A stretch of 62,785 bases of DNA, counting the filler, from Choristocarpus tenellus KU-1152 (taxonomy: Eukaryota > Protista > Phaeophyceae), in assembly GCA_964200185.2 (NCBI GenBank). It is 11 parts of 11 records of this genome, joined end to end, with 100 filler letters (N's around TTAATTAATTAA, not from the genome) between each part and the next. Parts side by side here need not be neighbours in the genome. Positions count along the whole stretch, not along the records: positions 30,485 to 38,072 come from CAXNAD020005920.1; positions 38,173 to 46,317 come from CAXNAD020005083.1; positions 46,418 to 53,074 come from CAXNAD020007635.1; 8 more parts are not named here. One strand, 5' to 3'. Both the position numbers and the translations under genes were made by a program. Within the stretch, counting starts at the first letter, position 1, and every line of letters starts with the position of its first letter. Under the pieces are notes generated by a model. The model searched no databases. It worked only from the letters and a program-made list of their open reading frames with translations, and was not told the origin of the DNA. This document shows, piece after piece, positions 37,100 to 49,803 of this stretch.

Positions 37100-37439
37100 T
37101 CGAACCCTTCGTAGAAATGGGTTGGCCTGTAAAATGATACCAACCTACGACTAAGTTGTAAGCTCACAACAAATTTTGTAAGTAAGAGTTGTGCAACATT
37201 AGGCTTATCTTCACTACTTGTTCAATTTGACAATAGAGAAAATGTAAAAACCTGCCTTCCCAAGGTGGATGAGTTTTGTAGGTAATGGGTAGGGTTAACA
37301 CACAATAGGATAGCGCACAGCATTATTAATTAATAGTGAACAAAATAAATAAATCGGTTCCAAACAATATCAGAGATCACAACAACAACAGAGACCTCTT
37401 CTTGTTTTTCAACAACCAAATTACCACCTATCATTTTAT

Positions 37440-37515
37440 ATACACATATGTATATAGTTTTTATTGGTTTCCCCCTGACACATCTGCAAAATGTCAGAGG
37501 ACATAATAATAAAAT
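37440..37515 (+). mobile_element. Solo 3' end of RLE retrotransposon
   Basis: TATAGTTTTTATTGGTTTCCCCCTGACACATCTGCAAAATGTCAGAGGACATAATAATAA. Confidence 0.7.
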
Positions 37516-37623
37516 ATATATGTACCACCTATTATTACGAGCACGTAGTATGCAAAAGCCAAGCACTAACTAACTGCTCTTGCTAGCTAGACATGCAATG
37601 TATATATATATATATATATATAA

Positions 37624-37994
37624 CTATGTTCGTGAGATCAGGAACGGATTATTTGATAAGGAATGAGAAATATTTCGAAACCATCCTGCAGGCCGCGGAT
37701 CAATTTCAGTGTGAAAGCTTTCAAATAATGACCAGATTATTGAAGTCGTCAGTTTTTTGGAGTGAAAGCTTGCGAACACAACAAGAAGAGGGAGAGCTCA
37801 TCATCGATATTTTTGTGAAAAAGCTTTCAAATCGCCAAAATTTGTAAGCTGTTACTTGTGGAGTGAGATATTCTTTTGTTAATCTGGCCATTTGAAAGCT
37901 TTCACGCTGAAATTGATCGGCGGCCTGCAGGATGGTTTCGAAATAATTCTCATTCCTTATCTCATAATCTTTTCCTGATCTCACGAACATACTG
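37624..37994. mobile_element. Foldback/MITE with ~115-bp terminal inverted repeats, inserted in a (TA)n tract
   Basis: 37625-37739 and 37879-37991 are near-perfect inverted repeats. The right terminus reads CAGTATGTTCG on the minus strand (Tc1/mariner-like CAGT). TA repeats flank both sides. Confidence 0.85.
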
Positions 37995-38172
37995 TTATAT
38001 ATATATATGCATAGATTCTTCTACATAGAACAGGGGATCCTCAAAATGGAGGATGGCCCGGGACTATGAGGANNNNNNNNNNNNNNNNNNNNNNNNNNNN
38101 NNNNNNNNNNNNNNNNTTAATTAATTAANNNNNNNNNNNNNNNNNNNNNNNNNNNNNNNNNNNNNNNNNNNN

Positions 38173-38194
38173 CCCCTCCCAGATACTTTGAGCC
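38173..38194. mobile_element. MITE family A TIR at contig start
   Basis: CCCCTCCCAGATACTTTGAGCC. Confidence 0.75.
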
Positions 38195-39729
38195 AATATT
38201 GGAATCGTGCTAAGATACATGTTGATTGGTAGGCAAGGCAGATAACCACTATTGACACTCTTGGCATTTGTTGAGGTAGAACATGCATGGAAGCTTGATA
38301 TTATGCCATGGACTGGGAAAGCAGATTAAGGATACGGTGTGCTGCGAACGTTTGAGTGTTAGGTGGCTGTCATGCAGCAAACTTCTTGTGCTTGCGGGTG
38401 TAGAACGTAGAAATGAAGTGAGTGGTACTACCTCCAACACATAAATCTGTGTAGAGGGTGGTTCCTGGTTTGCCAATAAAGATCTGGGAGTACATGTCGA
38501 AATACATGTCGAAATCCAAGGTGAGAAGGAAAGCCCTGGGAATAAGGAATAATCTGAGTTTTTCAGAGTCAAATTGCGAGGTATGGAATTCCAGAGGTGT
38601 AGTGTGGCTTCTGCAAAACTGGAGACTGATTTGCAAAAAATGGACGACAAACTGCCCCTTACGAGTGCTTCATAGCTACTACCACATCACGTCCATCAAG
38701 ACATCTTGGAAAAGTGAAGAAGTGGGGTGGGAACACCGATAATCGATCCTCCACTGTTGGCCAGCCTGCTGCCCACCTGGATGAAAATGTGGATCAGAAG
38801 TCCATATCAACACTATGATATTTTGGACTTAGAGATGACAAGACGTACTTGCAGTATCAACCTCATGCCCACTGTTGCGGCATTGGAAGCTCAGAGTAGA
38901 TTTTGTGTTTATATTGATGTCGATAATCGATCCCATGAGATTCCATGAAAAGATCAACTGATCCGTATGTATAAGGTCTGGTACTACCTCATGTGGGACG
39001 GGGAAAAGGTGCTAATTTTTCTTTACCAGGATTGTCAAGGGATCTCCTACAGACAAGAATAACGGTTGTATCCCTGAGGTGATGTCCATAGGGGAAACAC
39101 ACCTGCAGGCCTTTTCCTCGGATTCGTTAGCAAAAGCTAAGGATGTAGCTGTTTGTGTACTAGGAGTTGTACATTGGGTGTCTGTTGACCGAGATCCACC
39201 CATATACATCAGAGCAACGCCGTGGTTGAGCTACCAATGTGTGATGGTAAAGCAGGTAGGATGGCGCAGCCCCTCACATAGGCTGCAGTTGTGAAGTCCT
39301 CTGTTCAGTTGGGGAAAGTTATGGGTGACTTGTGGTTCTTGTGATGCAAGTGGTGTGGTCACCAACCTTAACATCAACGACTTGGGGTTCTATTTGTCAC
39401 CAAAGAATGCACGGTTTGGGGGCAAAATACGACATTGTCAGGGACCTTGGTATGGTGTGTTTGACCCCAACTTGTCGACCCGAACATGACGCCGTGACAC
39501 TTGAGAGAGTGTGGCAGAGTGTATTCAAGTTGCATAAAATTGTTTGAAGCTCCTGGAGGACAATGAATTCAGTGTCTTGCATATGGGCATTGCAGGTCAA
39601 GATCACTGGGATCCTTCCATAGAAGCGTGCATATAGACCAGGACACGTTCTGAACTATTTGGAAGTGACAGATGAAAAAAAAGTTGAATGACAATATACT
39701 TTGGGTAATAATTTTAGACTACACTATGT

Positions 39730-40305
39730 AGTACTATTATTCTTTGATGGGTGTGTCAAGGAAAACCCCAACCCAAAACTACATGACAAATACTCCCTTA
39801 AATACAATAACAGTAGAGTTGTTAACAATGCTGAGACATCTCTCTAAAAAGTAGACCCTATTAATATTTGGAAACAATAACAGAACAAAGAGCCCCCTTT
39901 AAAGGTTCACTACAAAGAAATGTGTACAATGCTATGCTTACAACCCAGCTTACCTTATGAAGGTAGGCGAGGACCTAGGGAAGCATCCCAAGAGTCTGCC
40001 AGGCCACTTCTCGCCCACCTTCCCGATGTCTCTAGCTTGAGATGCATGACGCGCCGTGAGAGAGCCATTTGTGTAGTAACTGACACTATCTGTCTCAAAC
40101 GGGACTTGACAGTCCCTTCCCTACAATGATGATAGACCTTCTCCCCCCTATTGCGTGGGTGGCCAACTCATCCAAAATACAAAACTTTACACGGTGAACT
40201 CGTTGGTACGAACAGCTGCACCATTCTGGTGGATGAATATTGTAAGTGACAGGCTGCTTCGACCTCTGCAAAAGCAGTACCCAGGAGGAGGCCTTTACTT
40301 TGATA
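39730..40305 (-). mobile_element. Decayed RLE-type non-LTR retrotransposon 3' region (copy 2)
   Basis: KGLLLGTAFAEVEAACHL...LDELATHAIGGR...DSWDASL with frameshifts. The 3' UTR ends in a degenerate CCTTGACAC...AATAATA. Confidence 0.7.
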
Positions 40306-42782
40306 GTGCTAACCAAGTACTTTCCCTTCCTTGTTTCTCTGCACCAGCTGGAACGTTGGCAGGTTCTGTTTGAAAGTAATTGAATCGTATCATGTTTATA
40401 AGGCGGGTCAGTTCATGCTGTGCCCTCCTTGTGATTGATTCTGATCGGTTACATCTGACTATGGTCTATCAACATTCTGATCGTCTTATAGTTGCAAGTA
40501 AGGGCATTATTTTTGTTGTAAGTTCATGTATAGTAATATTGCAGATTGTGATATTTGGTCAATGTAGGACCCAGTTGGTCAGCCATGTCAGGTCACAATC
40601 CGATTTGGTTATACATAGTGCATTGCCTAGACATGTCTCACAAGAGCGATTGAAATCTTCTGCTTTCACACCGCAATTGGATTGCTGGTGTCGTACAAAT
40701 TGCGGGGTAGTGAGTAAAAAAATACTGATGGTGTCAGACTGTCGATCATTGACCTTTCCTCTGACCATGTGATAGGGGCGATGTGTGCCTTTTGCTTGTA
40801 GAAAATAGCGTTTCTCTACCGAATGCTCTCTGTTGAGAGAATATTAGTAGGGCCTTCTTTTCGGGTGGGCCAACGACTAATCTCGAACCTTGCTGCTTTA
40901 CACCGTCGAAGGAGTCAGCAGTGATGAAGAGGTGTGACATTACGCGTTTACTGCTAATGGCTCAAGTAATATCACATATACCGCCAACAGTATTGTTCTT
41001 AGCCATACTCTAGGACTGACTGAACCCCTACTTAAAACCCTTGCCACATTTTGTCGTATATTCCAAAGGGTAGTCAAGTGGTATGAGTTGAAAGCAGCAC
41101 ACAGGTTCAATGAAAAATTCATGTCTGTATCTATTGACAATATTGGGCTTCGAATTTGTCTTCATCTTTAAAAGTCGTAAATTTGTCTGTCCTTGTTTGT
41201 GGCACATTTCATGGACACGGCAAAAGCCGCTGTATGTAGGAACGCCGTTTTCTCTGCCTTGACGCAGCTCAAAGATGGAAATTCACCTGGTGTCTCACCA
41301 CGTTTGTGAGATTCATTCTCTTAACTATCTCGGGGGCATTCTCCTCAGCAGGTTCGGTCTTGAGGTGATAGGAAAACATCATTGTCATGTGTTTAAAACT
41401 AGGCCCATATTTTATTTACTTCAACTGCCCAATCTTGCACTTTCTTCTCACAAGTTTTTTTAATTCATGTTTGTCTTCTGATAGGCATATGGCGAGACCA
41501 ATCTCCTGCAGCAGTCCAACATAAAAATGTCAATGTTGGAGTTGAGCTATTCTGCAAAATGTCCAAATCACAGCCATAGTACTGGTCAGAGGTGGTACAG
41601 TGGTAGTACATTTTTTTGAAGGCATCTCAATTTTTAGGGTTTTCTTATTCTTGTATTTTTTTCAAAATGAAAATAGTTCCTTGTGCATCTTTGACCAGAC
41701 AAATGCACTCTGCCTCTCAAAGCACACTGTTTCTCACACTAGTTTGCACTTTTGGCAAATAATTATGATACTGGTGGTGGAATATAGTGATTGTTTCCTA
41801 TGAGAATAAAAATTGAAACGAAGCTGAGGTGCACTATTCATGAGGGAAATGCCACTCTGTAGATGGTAAACTGCATTCCGTCTTGTGGAATAGGGTTGTT
41901 CAGAGTCGAAAATGACCAGTGAAACCAATAAATCGTAGTTCTACATAACTGAGCATTGTTTCTCAACATCTTCGTAGTGTGTTGTTGTGTGTTGATATTT
42001 AATCTGCCCAGAGTTGTGAGCTGAGTAGACTCTACAATTTGTTTGCAGATACTTCTTTTTGCATGCTTGGAGGTATATTCCTTTTTGTTCTTGTGCTGTG
42101 AATAGAAAACATACGAGGAATAGTTCCCGTCAGTTTGACAAATTCCGTGTGCTTAGCCATAATCCAAATATACATCCAGATCATGTAGTGATGGACGAAA
42201 ATGATTGAGCTCTTTGCGAGTACACAGGATGCATTCACGCAAAAAATGTCGAACTAATATTTTTCTCTCAGTTTTTGGTTTCAATCCATTGCGCTTTGTG
42301 CTTGTATTGTAGTGCTTCAGTTACTAGAATTTGCAACTCTGATTTTAGTTCCTGATTTTTGCCTTTGTTATTCTTGTCCCACTAAGATATTGAGATAAAA
42401 GTGCTCTTACTACTGCTGATGTACTCATTAAGATATTGAGGTAAAAGTGCTCTTGCTACTGCTTGGGCAAACAATCTCAATATCCTGACAAGCTCATAGG
42501 CATTTCATTGTTCCCCTGAAAGTAGTTCACTCCTAGCAAGCAGTTGTAGTACCAAGTCCGGTTGTCCTGTTGTGCACTAATATGACATTTTAATTTTCAC
42601 GGAAATTGAGCACCACATTCGGAATAAGGTCTCCCAATAATGCCCATCTTTTCTTAAAGAGACGAAACAGCATGACAGCATCACAATACCCTTCCTTCCC
42701 ATTCTCCCTCCCTCACCTCCTTAGCAACAATGTTCATCCACTCCCTCACCCCTCCCCTCCCCCTCTCTCTCCACCTGCAAAG

Positions 42783-45709
42783 GTGTGGTTGTCTATTCTG
42801 GTAGGCACGTTGTTAACTGCAGCCCTGCTCTGGTTGTTTGAACACAAGGCTAACACGGACATGTTTCCTACTCCATACAATCGTGAGCCTTTGCGAGGTA
42901 TCTTGCTCTCTCTGTATCATGGTGGAACCTTGTTCACGCAGTCTGGAAATTGGGTCCCTGTGACTGCTTTAGGTTGCTTGGTTTCATGGTCTTGGTCTGT
43001 GGTGGTTCTAGTGGTCATCGCTACGTACTCGGCTAAGCTGACTTCATCCATTATTCTAAGCAATGTTGGTTCCACTACGGTCACAACCGTTGAGGATGCG
43101 GCAAGATTGGGAGCACCGGTGCGTTTCTGTGTGTGGCAAGGGCAGGGGGAGGGGAAGGGAGGAGGGGAGGAGAGCGTAGCTGGAGTGGATTTATTTGTGA
43201 ATGATGAGGTCGTTTTGCTTGTATTCTGTTTTGTGCGTTTTTTCACCTTTAGTGGCAATGGCCACACACCTACAACTTTGCCTGTACCAAGGGTTGCATG
43301 CTCTACGGAGCATTTGTCATGAATATGAACTTACAATTACTGGCACAGTAGCTAGTTTCAGTGCAACTATTGTTGTGGATGAGGTAGAGACTTGGGAAGT
43401 GTGGGGGAGTGGGAGGGGGGGGAATCGAATTGATACAACATATCTGATATGCATACACATATATGATAGGGAAATCACCCAGGGAATAAATAATTTCTCC
43501 ACCTAAGAAGTTGCTGCTTTCCCTTGAAGGATTACTTCACATTGAATACCCAAACAGACCTCTACTTTTTTGGAAGTATACCATATACCCTGAAGCAGAA
43601 GTCAGGACGTTTTTTTTTTTGCCTTAAAGTAATAGTCTCTTCCAGCAATATGATCCCTTGAGGTACCCTGCCTTCACCCAATGCCCTTGAATTTTATGTG
43701 CTGCTACTGCAGGTTTGCATTCGTGAAGGGGTTGCAGCTGTCAACATGACAAAGCAGCTTTACCCGCAAGTGGTTGTAGTAGAGGTGGGTTTTTTGAAGA
43801 GAATATGTCACAAACGATATTGAGATAACAATGTAGCACCAAGGTGGCAGTCCAGCAATAATTTGAGAAAACCAACCATCCGGGAACGGCTCGGCTTGAC
43901 TCATGCATCATATCCCCATTATTTGCCTTTACATGTAGTGTCCAGTCTGCTGAAATCTTGAGACGGATCACACTCTAGATTTTTTCTCCTGATACAGTGT
44001 ACATTGGTGGATTGACCAGTTTTGAGCTTCTTGCCTAGTGAGAGCTTGTGGAGTATGATTGTTATGGAAAGAATATTATCTCCAGAAATTTTAACGAAAA
44101 AATAGACACGGACAAAATTCGATTACACCAGTGAGTCAAACTAATTGAGAGGTAGGCAGTCTTAAACCCATTTTCATTCGAAGTAATTTTTCCTACCCTG
44201 TGCAATACCCTCTATTTCATTACATGATATGCAGAATTGGTGCACATAAAATTAGTATTCCCCCTTTCCACACACGAAGTGACACCACAATTCAGCACGG
44301 ATCTTTTTGCAATTGTACAGAATGGTGCTCTTTTTCCATTTTTGGGATGCTTAAAATGTAACCTTGCTCAACTCTCAATTACTTTGGCTCAGTGCCTATA
44401 CCATTTACTTTGCAATTTTGGGATTATGTAAGAGCTCTTGAGTGTTGATAGAGTGTTAATTTGTGGAGGTATTACTTGATCAGCATCCTGCTGAAAGAAG
44501 GGCAACGAAGCGATTTTCCAGTTGCATTTTTCCTGTTTCAGTCCTGGTGGGTGGTGTTTTCTAGTGTTTCTTTTGGGCGGAGATTTATTAGTGCAAGCTC
44601 AGCTCATATTGTTCCCGCTGAAGTTCTAAAATCGACTGACATTTTCGTACAGAAGAAGGTTTGTTGGTGCTCTTCACATTTAATGTGAGAATAGATTTGG
44701 AGGGCAACATGCACAGGTGCAGATATCCAGGAAGAGGATGTGGAAGGTATGTGGAATTCTCTACTATTAATATATATTCCCATAAAGAGCTGCAAGAGTT
44801 ATGGGAAGACCATATTCCCTAACCACAATGATGAACAAACTTTGCACAATATGCTGCTACTATCTTCACGACTAGGTGCGTGGTACAGTTTGTGCTGTGC
44901 TTAAACCAGCAACATATGTTCAGCTTGATACTTAAATGAAAATATACACCCACAGTGATTTAGGACGAAGCATTTTTTCCCCTTAGTTTCAAGAGAAAAC
45001 AGTCGTTGATTGACCTTGCAAAAAACTGCACCCAGGACTGGCCTCCAGCAATTAGGAAAGTGTATCGACGGTCTGGTAGATGTTCACAGGTTTTTGAATG
45101 TCAAAGTGTTGACTTTCCAACATTCTGCAGTGCAATGCCATTGTTTGCTCAGAGTCACTATAGAGTGCTGAGGTTCCGTCCTGGAAAATTCAGATGATTT
45201 ACTCTTGAGACACTATGATAGCGCTCATGATGTTGAGGATATCAAATCTCGTCCCAACTTTCATGACAGTGCAGAGAGTGGAGAACGCAGTTCAGCCAAG
45301 CTTTGAAACCATACTCTTCAACACCCCGCTCAATATAATACTTAACACCCTATTTTCCCCATCCAATCCAGTCTCAAGATATATATAGTATATTCTATGT
45401 TCCTTCGAAGATCGTGTCCATACCAACTCATGCATGTATCAACTCAGTATTTAGAACGTTACATGTGTTGTGTCCCATAACCACTCTAGTGCAAAAAGCA
45501 TATAAAACATCTTCAGCTGTAACATTTATCAAAATATGAGTCCAGAGTGTTAGCACTTTGGTATGAAATTGGTTTCTTTAACAGACACACTGTACAGCAG
45601 AATAAATCACCACCTTATTTTTGACCGGCCTTATTGTGGTGACGACAGGTTCCTCGGGAAGAAGTTACTTCTTCACTGAGTGAAGGTGTGTGCGATATCC
45701 TTGTGGCTG
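42783..45709 (+). CDS. Ionotropic glutamate receptor-like (GLR) ligand-gated channel, partial (3 exons: M1-pore-M3 and start of S2)
   Basis: Exon 42783-43118: VWLSIL...LLWLFEHKAN..F...GGTLFTQSG...PVTALGCLVSWSW...LVVIATYSAKLTS (SYTANL-like). Exon 43713-43784: VCIREGVAAVNMTKQLYPQVVVVE. Exon 45649-45709: VPREEVTSSLSEGVCDILVA. Junctions are GT-AG and in phase. Confidence 0.8.
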
Positions 45710-46274
45710 GTAAGATTGAGTTGGATCAGTGGGCCCAAGATGAGGTGAGAGAAAGAAAACTAGTGCAGCAGAGTATTTTTCTCTTAAGAAACAAGCATTA
45801 TGAGGATAATTAGGGATGTGCTATTTTTTTTCTTGCTTTTGTTTTGTGTCGTCACCAACATGAATGGGGAAATATGTAGTATGTAGGTTGCTGTAAGCTC
45901 ATATACACAAGCTGTGTCAAAAGCGAACTATATGGATGAGCTAGCAGTTGGGCTATTGAATGGTTAGGTTTTGACTGAGGACCTTGTCTACTACTGATGC
46001 TTTCATATATATGTGGAAGCCTCTAGTTCTTCCAATGCATAGTCCCTAAAGTAATTTTTTCAGAATAAATTTTTCTGACACCAGTGCCATGATATCCCCT
46101 GGATACTAGGGATCCAAAATAGCAGATAACGCGGGGCTGTTGATCAGAGCTTGGGAGGGGGTGGTTAGGTTCTCATGAGCAGACTTTAAATATTTTTTAT
46201 GATTGAGACACATACATAGACAAGTTGGTCCAACTTAAAATGAGGGAGATTATTTGATAATGTAACTATGCTTT

Positions 46275-46317
46275 GGCTCAAAGTATCTGGGAGGGGGTGG
46301 CGACTGTCCATTTGGGG
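46275..46317. mobile_element. MITE family A terminal fragment
   Basis: GGCTCAAAGTATCTGGGAGGGGGTGGCGACTGTCCATTTGGGG at the contig end. Confidence 0.85.
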
Positions 46318-46646
46318 NNNNNNNNNNNNNNNNNNNNNNNNNNNNNNNNNNNNNNNNNNNNTTAATTAATTAANNNNNNNNNNNNNNNNNNNNNNNNNNN
46401 NNNNNNNNNNNNNNNNNCAAAAAAGTGAAAATCGAAAAAAGGGTGAAAAACGGACGCCGACCCCCCCCCAGATACTTTGACCCTGGAGGGTTAAGGGTTG
46501 TGTGTGGTATCCATCATGTAATATCCTTGCATGTATTGGCATGTTGACATGTTGCACTTATACTGCCGCCCTTGCTGATATCATTAGGGCAGCAAATAAC
46601 GAAATACTATTGGCAATTGATAACCATCGAATCAATTATGAAAGGA

Positions 46647-46904
46647 GAGTGAAAGTATCTTAGAGGGTATGAGTTTTTCCCTGTTTGTCCATTTGGAGCT
46701 TGGCTTCCCATGGGTTTCTTATTACATTTTCCTACTCCAATATGTTTTGGATTAGGTAAAATGTATACGTTATGAAACGTTGTGTCCAGAAGAAGGATAT
46801 TGACACTTCCTAACAAATACGAATTCCAAAATTATATCAAAATCACAAAGTTGAATATTGGCTCCCAAATGGACGCGACTCTACCCTCTAAGATACTTTG
46901 ACTC
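46647..46904. mobile_element. MITE family B, complete 258-bp copy with 4-bp TSD (AGGA)
   Basis: TIRs GAGTGAAAGTATCTTAGAGGGTA and TACCCTCTAAGATACTTTGACTC. AGGA at 46643-46646 and 46905-46908. Confidence 0.88.
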
Positions 46905-48440
46905 AGGAGGATATCTCCTAAGAACACAGAGCAGCTAGGACTATGCGGCACAGTGCATAGATCATTTGTACAACCAGCTCTTCAGTGGATCTCCCTGCTG
47001 GTCCAATGTCCGGTAAGTTCAGGATGATGCTTCTTCCAACTTGTGGCATTTTCTGCATCTCTTCTCTTCGATAATCTTCAGTAATACAATACCCATTCCG
47101 TAGAGGCAAGGGGCACGTATCCATAAAATATAGTAAATTTGCAGATTTCTTTTTATTGCATCGCCTTTCGCTCTTAATCAGTCCAATTCAAAAACAAAAA
47201 GATCTAACAGGCAAATTGTGCCCAATACAGCACAAGTAGACCTATCAACGTGTGCCATGCGCATGTAAGCTGCAGACACCCGGCTGGTAAGCCAGGCAGG
47301 CCCTGATTGTTTCAATACGGTCTTCATATAGTGCCAGTCTAGCAGAAGATGAACCTGCATTCCTTCCTTTCAAGCGAATGTATAAAAGAGCTGCTGCATA
47401 GGAATGTGTCTGTTTCTAAATTTCAAATGTAAGGCATACAACAACTGTTGCACAGAAAGGACTCTGTTGTAAGCAAGTCGGGATCTATATCTTTTACATT
47501 ATGTGCTATTTTCTGTTGCATGCTTCTCCTTTCTCCCTCTTGGCTACATTTATAAAATGCCAGTGGTTCAATATAATCAATTAGCATTCTGAAGTCTCAA
47601 TTTAATATCTGAGGGAGTAGGTAGCAGGAACGGTACACTACCTCATGTACGGGCACACTGCAAAGTAGGTGTTTTTTCCATCGAAAAGATACGAGATGTT
47701 GATTTTATGGGAACAGACCAGCAATAGATGCCACACGCTAGCCCTGCCAACCAGAATATGGGCATTATATCTTTGGTCAGCTAACCAGAAGAAAATGGTC
47801 CATATTTGAGCATAATCCAAGCAGAGGATGCTGTCAACTTTCATCTCTATTGATACCACAAGTCAGACCTACTGTAGGCAACAAAAATCTACCAAAAAAT
47901 CGCATCAATCATCAATTTAACTTCCATGTCCCATCTTTTGGTAAACAAAGTTCCCTTAAATATCCGTTCAGGATGCAGGAGACGAGGTCCAAAGTTGTCA
48001 GCAAGTTAAGCTCAATACATGATTTATCATCACACAAGATCCACATAAAAGACAAGGATGTTATCAACTCACCTACGTACATTTCTTCCCTTCAAAAGGG
48101 TGAAATGAAATTTGCATTATTATATTTCTGGGAAGGGTTGAACAAAGCCCTTGTTGCATCACTGATTCCAGACCACATATTGCATAAAGTAATGACAAAT
48201 TGAAGGGGTAGGTGATGTTGCAGGGAGAACATTATTTTTGTTAGATATGTAATATGCATATCATCATATGTGTAATTTGTACTCCATAAATGTAAATGTT
48301 GCTTTGGGATGGGTTATTGTGACAATACCGGAATCACTCCATCACTAACCTTTCCTACTGAAGAGCATCCGTATTGCCGTAATTCAAAACCTAGAAACCC
48401 TTCACTAAAACAAAAACAACCCTCTCCACAATAGGTTTAC

Positions 48441-49803
48441 CTCGTTAATGCTGAGCCATTGGTCATTCAATGTCATATCAAGGCCGGTGATCCTGACAAA
48501 CCTAGCGACAGTACCCCTAGGGAGTGTGAAGTTCTCCCCCGCCCCCAGCTCGGTACCAGCCAAATTGGAATCCTCCAAGACTGCCGTGTAAGTTGCATTT
48601 GTTTCCGATGTGGAGATACTGAATAGGTTTTGCGTCCGGTCAAGCTCATTGCTCTTGTAGAAGTCTGAGAAAGGAAATGTGTTGGAGGGAATGGGGTTGA
48701 AATGAAAAATTTACCAATATTTTAGCCTGGCACCATCAGGAGCATGGGTTGTAGTAGGGTGAGGTTGTAGTGGATGTCTGACTGACTGACAAGGGGAAGT
48801 TGCAAAGTCAAAGTTGAGTTTTACATCCACGAGGGGTCAGCAACGGGACACGGGTTTCCTCAGTTTATGGTGCCACTACCACACACTGATGATGATACGA
48901 CCTTTTCTGCTGTGCGTGTCAGCCCATGAAATCGAGAGGTCCATGAGCTCACTCCAGATATCACAAAACTCCCAAGCTTCAGCGCGCAAGAGAAGCATGG
49001 TCAATCTTGCTACACATGTGTAGGGTGATGCAAAGGGGTGCCACAATCTTGCCACGATATGAACCCCGAACAGAATGGCATGCTTTCACTTGTAAATCCC
49101 ATCCGATCCTCCCCCCCTTCCTCACTTACATATGGTGAGGTACTCCACCACGAACAAATCTCCTATATCATAGGTGATGTAGCATGGAGTACCCTCCGGA
49201 ATTACATCTACTTCATGACAAGACCATCGAGAGATAGGGGTAGTGTTGTCGAGCCGATCCTGTTTGGCATCGAAGCAAGGGAGATTTTATTATGGTTTTC
49301 GTGTCAGCATAAACTCTATCGTTGTTGTTGGTAGAAGTGTGGGTTTGAATCAGTTTTAAGCATCAACCATTGTGCGCGATCAGGGCATTTTTGTTGCTGT
49401 CTAGAGCGACCAGTTGCACTTCATTGCCTGCAACCACGAATACTGTCTGGTCCGAAATATAATACTCACTCGGGTCAAACCCGGGTAGCAACCGATTTCT
49501 GAGCATCCATTAAGTTCGAATTCCCGTACATCCCACTTCGTGGCAGTGACTTCAACGGTTGACACCTCTCCCGCCTCCTGCACAACGGCTGTGGAACAGG
49601 AGAACAAGGCGGTTGAATCGTTGGTGGATGGTAGTGAGTGGGTGTCAGAAGCAGCAATCCAAGTCCAATTCATGGGTGAACTCAACTACCCAATGGTATG
49701 TCTCCTCATCAATCAACCCATAGCCCAATGGAGACTCACCGTAAGAAGGCAACAACAAAGTCAGGGGCAACAGAAACCGAAATATCGTGCTGCTGAGGGA
49801 CAT
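48441..49803 (-). CDS. Secreted protein with a discoidin / F5/8 type C-like (galactose-binding-like) domain; 3' end unresolved
   Basis: Exon 49803-49740: signal peptide MSLSSTIFRFLLPLTLLLPSY. Exon 49588-49470: VTATKWDVREFELNGCSEIGCYPGLTR. Exon 49259-49130: D...SRWSC...CYITYDIG. Exon 48664-48441: FYKSNE..R...FSISTS...ARFVRITG...WLSINE. Intron phases 1, 0, 1 are consistent. Confidence 0.8.

Noticed and set aside
37593-37990. Two opposite-strand ORFs with nearly identical peptides (MFVRSG.DY.IRNE.YFETILQAADQFQ)
   Set aside because: A by-product of the inverted repeat arms, with no recognisable coding signal.
40380-42250. Minus-strand decayed coding-like region, including GRENGVPTYSGFCR, faintly like heme peroxidases
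   Set aside because: A single short motif among many stops, with no other family motifs found. It needs a frameshift-aware search.
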